Source: an uncultured Phycisphaerales bacterium
Lineage (GTDB): Bacteria > Planctomycetota > Phycisphaerae > Tepidisphaerales > Tepidisphaeraceae
Length of the DNA stretch: 64,000 nt
Direction: 5' to 3'
NCBI GenBank assembly: GCA_963755915.1
Contig: CAVWLP010000002.1
Location: 4,640,001 to 4,704,000, forward strand
Made by a program: the position numbers and the translations under genes. Below the pieces are notes generated by a model, which saw only the letters and a program-made list of their open reading frames with translations, was not told where the DNA came from and searched no databases. Of the stretch, positions 60,411 through 64,000 are shown piece by piece. How positions within the stretch are numbered: position 1 is the first letter of the stretch; every line of letters begins with the position of its first letter.

Positions 60411-61397
60411 ATGACTTCCACGAACGAACCAAATGCATTCGACGAAGCCGTGACCCTCCACCGCCAGGGAAAACTCACGGAAGCCATCGCCGCCTATCAG
60501 CGATCCCTCACCTCCCGCCCCGAGCTCTGGACCGCCGCTGCCAATATGGGCAAAGCCCTCGCCGACCTTAATCGCTTTGCCGAAGCCATCGCCGCCTACC
60601 AGCATGCGCTCCGTTACTCCCCCACCGAACCCCGTCTGCACATCGGCCTGACACTCGCTCTCATCGGCCAGGGAAATTGCGTCGCACCCGATCCCCCCAA
60701 CGACCAATCCAAAACAATCCCCCACCTCCCCTCAGTAACCCTCTGCTGCCTCGACACCAACCATCCCGAAGGCGGCGTCTTTTCCATGCGCCAGTCCATG
60801 GCCCAGGCAAACTTCGCCAAAGCCATCCTCTTCACCTCCCGCCCAATCGAAGCCACGGGAATAGACGTCCGCGTGATCCCCGCATTTACCTCTGTCGAGG
60901 ACTACAGCCGCTTCATGTTTTCCAGCACTCTCATCGAATCCATCCAAACGTCACATCTTCTGCTCACCCACTGGGACGGCTGGGTCTTGGACGGCGCCCG
61001 ATGGCGGCAGGATTTTCTAACCTGCGATTACATCGGCCCACCCTGGCCCTGGTACGCCTCCAAAAGCGTAGGCAACGGCGGATTCTGCCTCCGCACCCGC
61101 CGCCTCCTCGAAACCGTCGCCCAAATCAATCCCCCCCGAATCCATCCGGAGGACGAAGTCATTTCCCGCGACCTTCGCGAACCCCTCGAATCGCGCGGCC
61201 TGCGTTTCGCCGACGAACAAACCGCCTGGACCTTCGCCCAGGAATGGCGCGGCGAAAACCGCCCCGCCCCCTTCGGATTTCACGGCCTCTTCAACCTCCG
61301 CCGATTTCTATCGCGCGATAAAATCGAAGCCGTGCTCAATGAATTGCCAACGTCCCTCACAAACGAAAAACAAGGCGCCTGGCTGCGCGGAGGATGA
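60411..61397 (+). CDS. TPR + DUF5672-like putative glycosyltransferase
   Basis: TPRs, then HWDGWVL, DYIGPPW, VGNGGFCLR, PED, FGFHG. Confidence 0.8.
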   Translation: MTSTNEPNAFDEAVTLHRQGKLTEAIAAYQRSLTSRPELWTAAANMGKALADLNRFAEAIAAYQHALRYSPTEPRLHIGLTLALIGQGNCVAPDPPNDQSKTIPHLPSVTLCCLDTNHPEGGVFSMRQSMAQANFAKAILFTSRPIEATGIDVRVIPAFTSVEDYSRFMFSSTLIESIQTSHLLLTHWDGWVLDGARWRQDFLTCDYIGPPWPWYASKSVGNGGFCLRTRRLLETVAQINPPRIHPEDEVISRDLREPLESRGLRFADEQTAWTFAQEWRGENRPAPFGFHGLFNLRRFLSRDKIEAVLNELPTSLTNEKQGAWLRGG

Positions 61398-61406
61398 CCG
61401 CTCCAA

Positions 61407-63005
61407 ATGAAAACACCCAATTCCACCACACAAGAACCCCATTTACACGCCACCCCCAACGTGCAGCGCCGGCTCGCGCAGGGAAGCACGTTCGCGCTCG
61501 CCATTCTCTGCATCGCCTCGATTCTGCTTGCCGGATTTGCATCTTCAGTCCGCGCTCAAACGTCACAACCCTTTCTCACGTCCGTCTCCGTCGATTGGAC
61601 CGATGTCCAGCGCATCTCCCGAACGACGCCAACCCTGCAGGTTGTTGTAAACCCCCCGCTCCGCCGCGGAGAAAAGATCCATGACGGCGCGTTCGCCGCC
61701 CTACGCGCTCTCAACGCCGACTACGTCCGCTATGTCCCCTGGCTCCCTTATCCCAGGCTCGCCGTCGCCGAATTGGAGCCCCCCCGCTCCGGCAAAACCT
61801 CCTGGGACTTCTCCGTCATCGACCCAATGACCATCGATTTCTTCAATGCCACCCAGGGCCACCCCATCATCCTCAACTTCAGCACCATACCCCAGTGGAT
61901 GTTCCAGACCGACAAGCCCGTCACTTATCCTGCCGATCCCTACCAGGTCTATTGGCATTACACCCAGGGAACGCGTCTCCGCGATCCCTCACTGAAGGAG
62001 CTTGCCGATTATTACGCTCGCCTCGTCAGTTGGTACACCAACGGCGGATTTACCGACGAAACCGGCATCCGCCACGACTCCGGCTATCACTTTTTCATCC
62101 CCTATTGGGAAATCTTCAACGAAATCGAATTCGAACATCAAACCTCCGCCGCCCAATACACCCGGCGCTACGACGCCGTCGCCAGCGCCATCCACGCGGT
62201 CTCACCCCGCACCCAATTCGTAGGCCTCGCCCTCGCCGATCCGAGGGGACATCTCCCCTATTTCGAATATTTTCTGAACCCCAAAAATCATGCCCCCGGC
62301 ATCCCGGTCGATCTGATTTCCTACCACTTCTACGCCACCCCCACCCCCACCGAAACGCCAGACCAATGGCAAACGACATTCTTCAATCAAGCCAACGATT
62401 TCCTCGCCGGCGTGCGCAAGATCGAAGCCATTCGCCTCCGCCTCAGCCCCTCGACCAAAACCACCCTCGACGAGCTTGGCGTCATTCTCCCTAAGGACAA
62501 TAACCTCGACCCCGATAACCGCATTCCCCCCATCTACTGGAACGCCGCCGCCTCCCTCTACGCATATCTCTACGTCGAGCTCGCGAAACTCGGCATCGAC
62601 ATCGTCGGCGAATCCCAACTCGTCGGCTATCCCACCCAATACCCCAGCGTAAGCATGATCGACTGGAAAACCGCAAAACCCAACGCCCGCTTCTGGGTTC
62701 TCAAGCTTCTCAAGGACAATTTCGCCCCCGGCGATCAGATGATCTCCACCACCTGGACATCTCGCGATCCCCAAAATCCCGACCTCGAAATTCAAGCATG
62801 GAAATCCCCAACCGGCCGCAAACTGCTGCTCATCAATAAACGCAACGCTCCCGTAACCGCGCTCCTCCCCAACGAAGCCACAAATGGACGCATCGACGAG
62901 GTCAATCTCTCCACGGCCGAAAATCCGCCGGCTTCAGGCACTCTGACTGAATCAAAAATCACACTCGCGCCGTTTGAGGTTGCGGTTGTTCATTTGGCGC
63001 AATAG
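61407..63005 (+). CDS. Secreted clan-A glycoside hydrolase (GH39-like)
   Basis: Signal peptide, YWEIFNE acid/base, ISYHFY, LDELG nucleophile region. Confidence 0.75.
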   Translation: MKTPNSTTQEPHLHATPNVQRRLAQGSTFALAILCIASILLAGFASSVRAQTSQPFLTSVSVDWTDVQRISRTTPTLQVVVNPPLRRGEKIHDGAFAALRALNADYVRYVPWLPYPRLAVAELEPPRSGKTSWDFSVIDPMTIDFFNATQGHPIILNFSTIPQWMFQTDKPVTYPADPYQVYWHYTQGTRLRDPSLKELADYYARLVSWYTNGGFTDETGIRHDSGYHFFIPYWEIFNEIEFEHQTSAAQYTRRYDAVASAIHAVSPRTQFVGLALADPRGHLPYFEYFLNPKNHAPGIPVDLISYHFYATPTPTETPDQWQTTFFNQANDFLAGVRKIEAIRLRLSPSTKTTLDELGVILPKDNNLDPDNRIPPIYWNAAASLYAYLYVELAKLGIDIVGESQLVGYPTQYPSVSMIDWKTAKPNARFWVLKLLKDNFAPGDQMISTTWTSRDPQNPDLEIQAWKSPTGRKLLLINKRNAPVTALLPNEATNGRIDEVNLSTAENPPASGTLTESKITLAPFEVAVVHLAQ

Positions 63006-63053
63006 CGATTGAAAACCGCTCGCCTCCCGGTTTTTCCCGTCCTGTTTTCCCGG

Positions 63054-63968
63054 TCACGTCGGCAACGCCGGAAACAGTTTCGACGCCCTCTCCACCGCGA
63101 ATTCCTTGAACAGTCTCACCACGCGCGAGACATGCCGGTTCCCAACGTGCAGCAAAACCAGGTCATACGTCCGGAAATGCCACCGGGGCATCACTTCCAC
63201 CAGCCGTCCATACCGCAAAAGCCCCGGCTGCACGATGGGTGGCAGATCCCCAATCCCCACCCCGGCCAGCAGCGCCGCCGCCAGCCCCGCGAAATCGTTG
63301 ATCGCCAGATACGGCTGAAACGTGATCGATTCGCTCTTCTTCCCGCTGCCGTGAACGAACGTCCACCGGCTTTCAGGCCGCCACCGCGAAAAGGCCAGCA
63401 GTCGATGCGCTAGCAGATCACGCGGCGATTGCGGGGCCTTCCGCATTTTCTTCAAATATTCCGGACTCGCGAGCAGAACATGCCGGTACGTCAGAATCGT
63501 GCGTGCCACCAGCGACGAATCCTTCAGCGCCCCCAAGCGAAACACCAGGTCCACGCCCTCGGCGATGTGATCGACCATGCGCTCGGTGATCAAAACCTGC
63601 ACCCGCACATGCGGATAAGACGCCTGAAACGCGACCGCCAGCGGAACGACGAGGGAATCGGAAATGCTCGGCGGTGCCGAAAGACGCAGCACGCCCGCGA
63701 CATTGGCGAGGCGATACGAGACGATCTGATCGACGGCGTCGGCGATCTCGGCGCCCCGGTTGGCGTGCTCGATGATCTCCGATCCGATGTCCGTCAGCCG
63801 CAACCGGCGCGTCGAGCGCTCCAGAAGCCGAACACCCAGCCGGTCCTCCAACTCGGCGACGCGCCGGCTGACCGTGGAAGTCGGCATCTTCAACCGCCGC
63901 GCCGCTTCGGTGAAGCCGTGCGCCTCCACCACCTTGGCGAAAATCATCAGCGAGTTGAGATCGGTCAT
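63054..63968 (-). CDS. LysR-family transcriptional regulator
   Basis: FAKVVEAHGFTEAARRL...VSRRVAELEDRLGVRLLERSTR, EGVDLVFR. Confidence 0.95.
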   Translation of the reverse strand: MTDLNSLMIFAKVVEAHGFTEAARRLKMPTSTVSRRVAELEDRLGVRLLERSTRRLRLTDIGSEIIEHANRGAEIADAVDQIVSYRLANVAGVLRLSAPPSISDSLVVPLAVAFQASYPHVRVQVLITERMVDHIAEGVDLVFRLGALKDSSLVARTILTYRHVLLASPEYLKKMRKAPQSPRDLLAHRLLAFSRWRPESRWTFVHGSGKKSESITFQPYLAINDFAGLAAALLAGVGIGDLPPIVQPGLLRYGRLVEVMPRWHFRTYDLVLLHVGNRHVSRVVRLFKEFAVERASKLFPALPT

Positions 63969-64000
63969 GTTCGCTTTGCTTATAGCCGCGCCATTTTTCC

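Overview
High-GC bacterial chromosomal window, most likely from Planctomycetota (Phycisphaerae/Tepidisphaerales-like). That placement is an inference from PEP-CTERM proteins, an ECF sigma factor with a long C-terminal extension, an orphan fliM and ATQP/STRP-type linkers. About 19 otherwise intact genes, including ndk, argD, cysH and comM, carry 1-2 nt indels, which I read as long-read consensus errors. Content from start to end: a sulfur/cysteine operon (ThiF/MoeB E1-like, CysM, Mec/JAMM, rhodanese, CysK, CysC, PHP phosphatase, CysH) with no sulfur-carrier gene; PEP-CTERM proteins; ndk; a tandem SPFH pair; a RhaT/isomerase/AraC sugar locus; a small decayed low-GC patch; a CE15 esterase; fliM and a CPBP protease; DUF2617 with a long structured leader; a YukD-like ubiquitin-fold protein ending in Gly next to a polytopic membrane protein with a degenerate FHA; argD; comM; an ECF sigma-TM-TPR gene with an apparent internal ribosome-binding site; an OGT/SPINDLY-like GT41; a Phd/RelE-ParE TA pair with its operator; a ~14 kb operon with two envelope-sensing inputs and c-di-GMP outputs; tRNA-Ala(GGC); a DEDD exonuclease; a GH39-like hydrolase; LysR. 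No CRISPR array, rRNA, integrase or transposase was seen. The best candidates for novelty are the Ubl/FHA-membrane pair, the internal start in the ECF gene, the two-input signalling operon, a MITE/REP-like element that also sits in-frame inside a kinase, and a recurrent T[QR]P motif in exported proteins. All family assignments come from motif recognition by eye; no database search was run.
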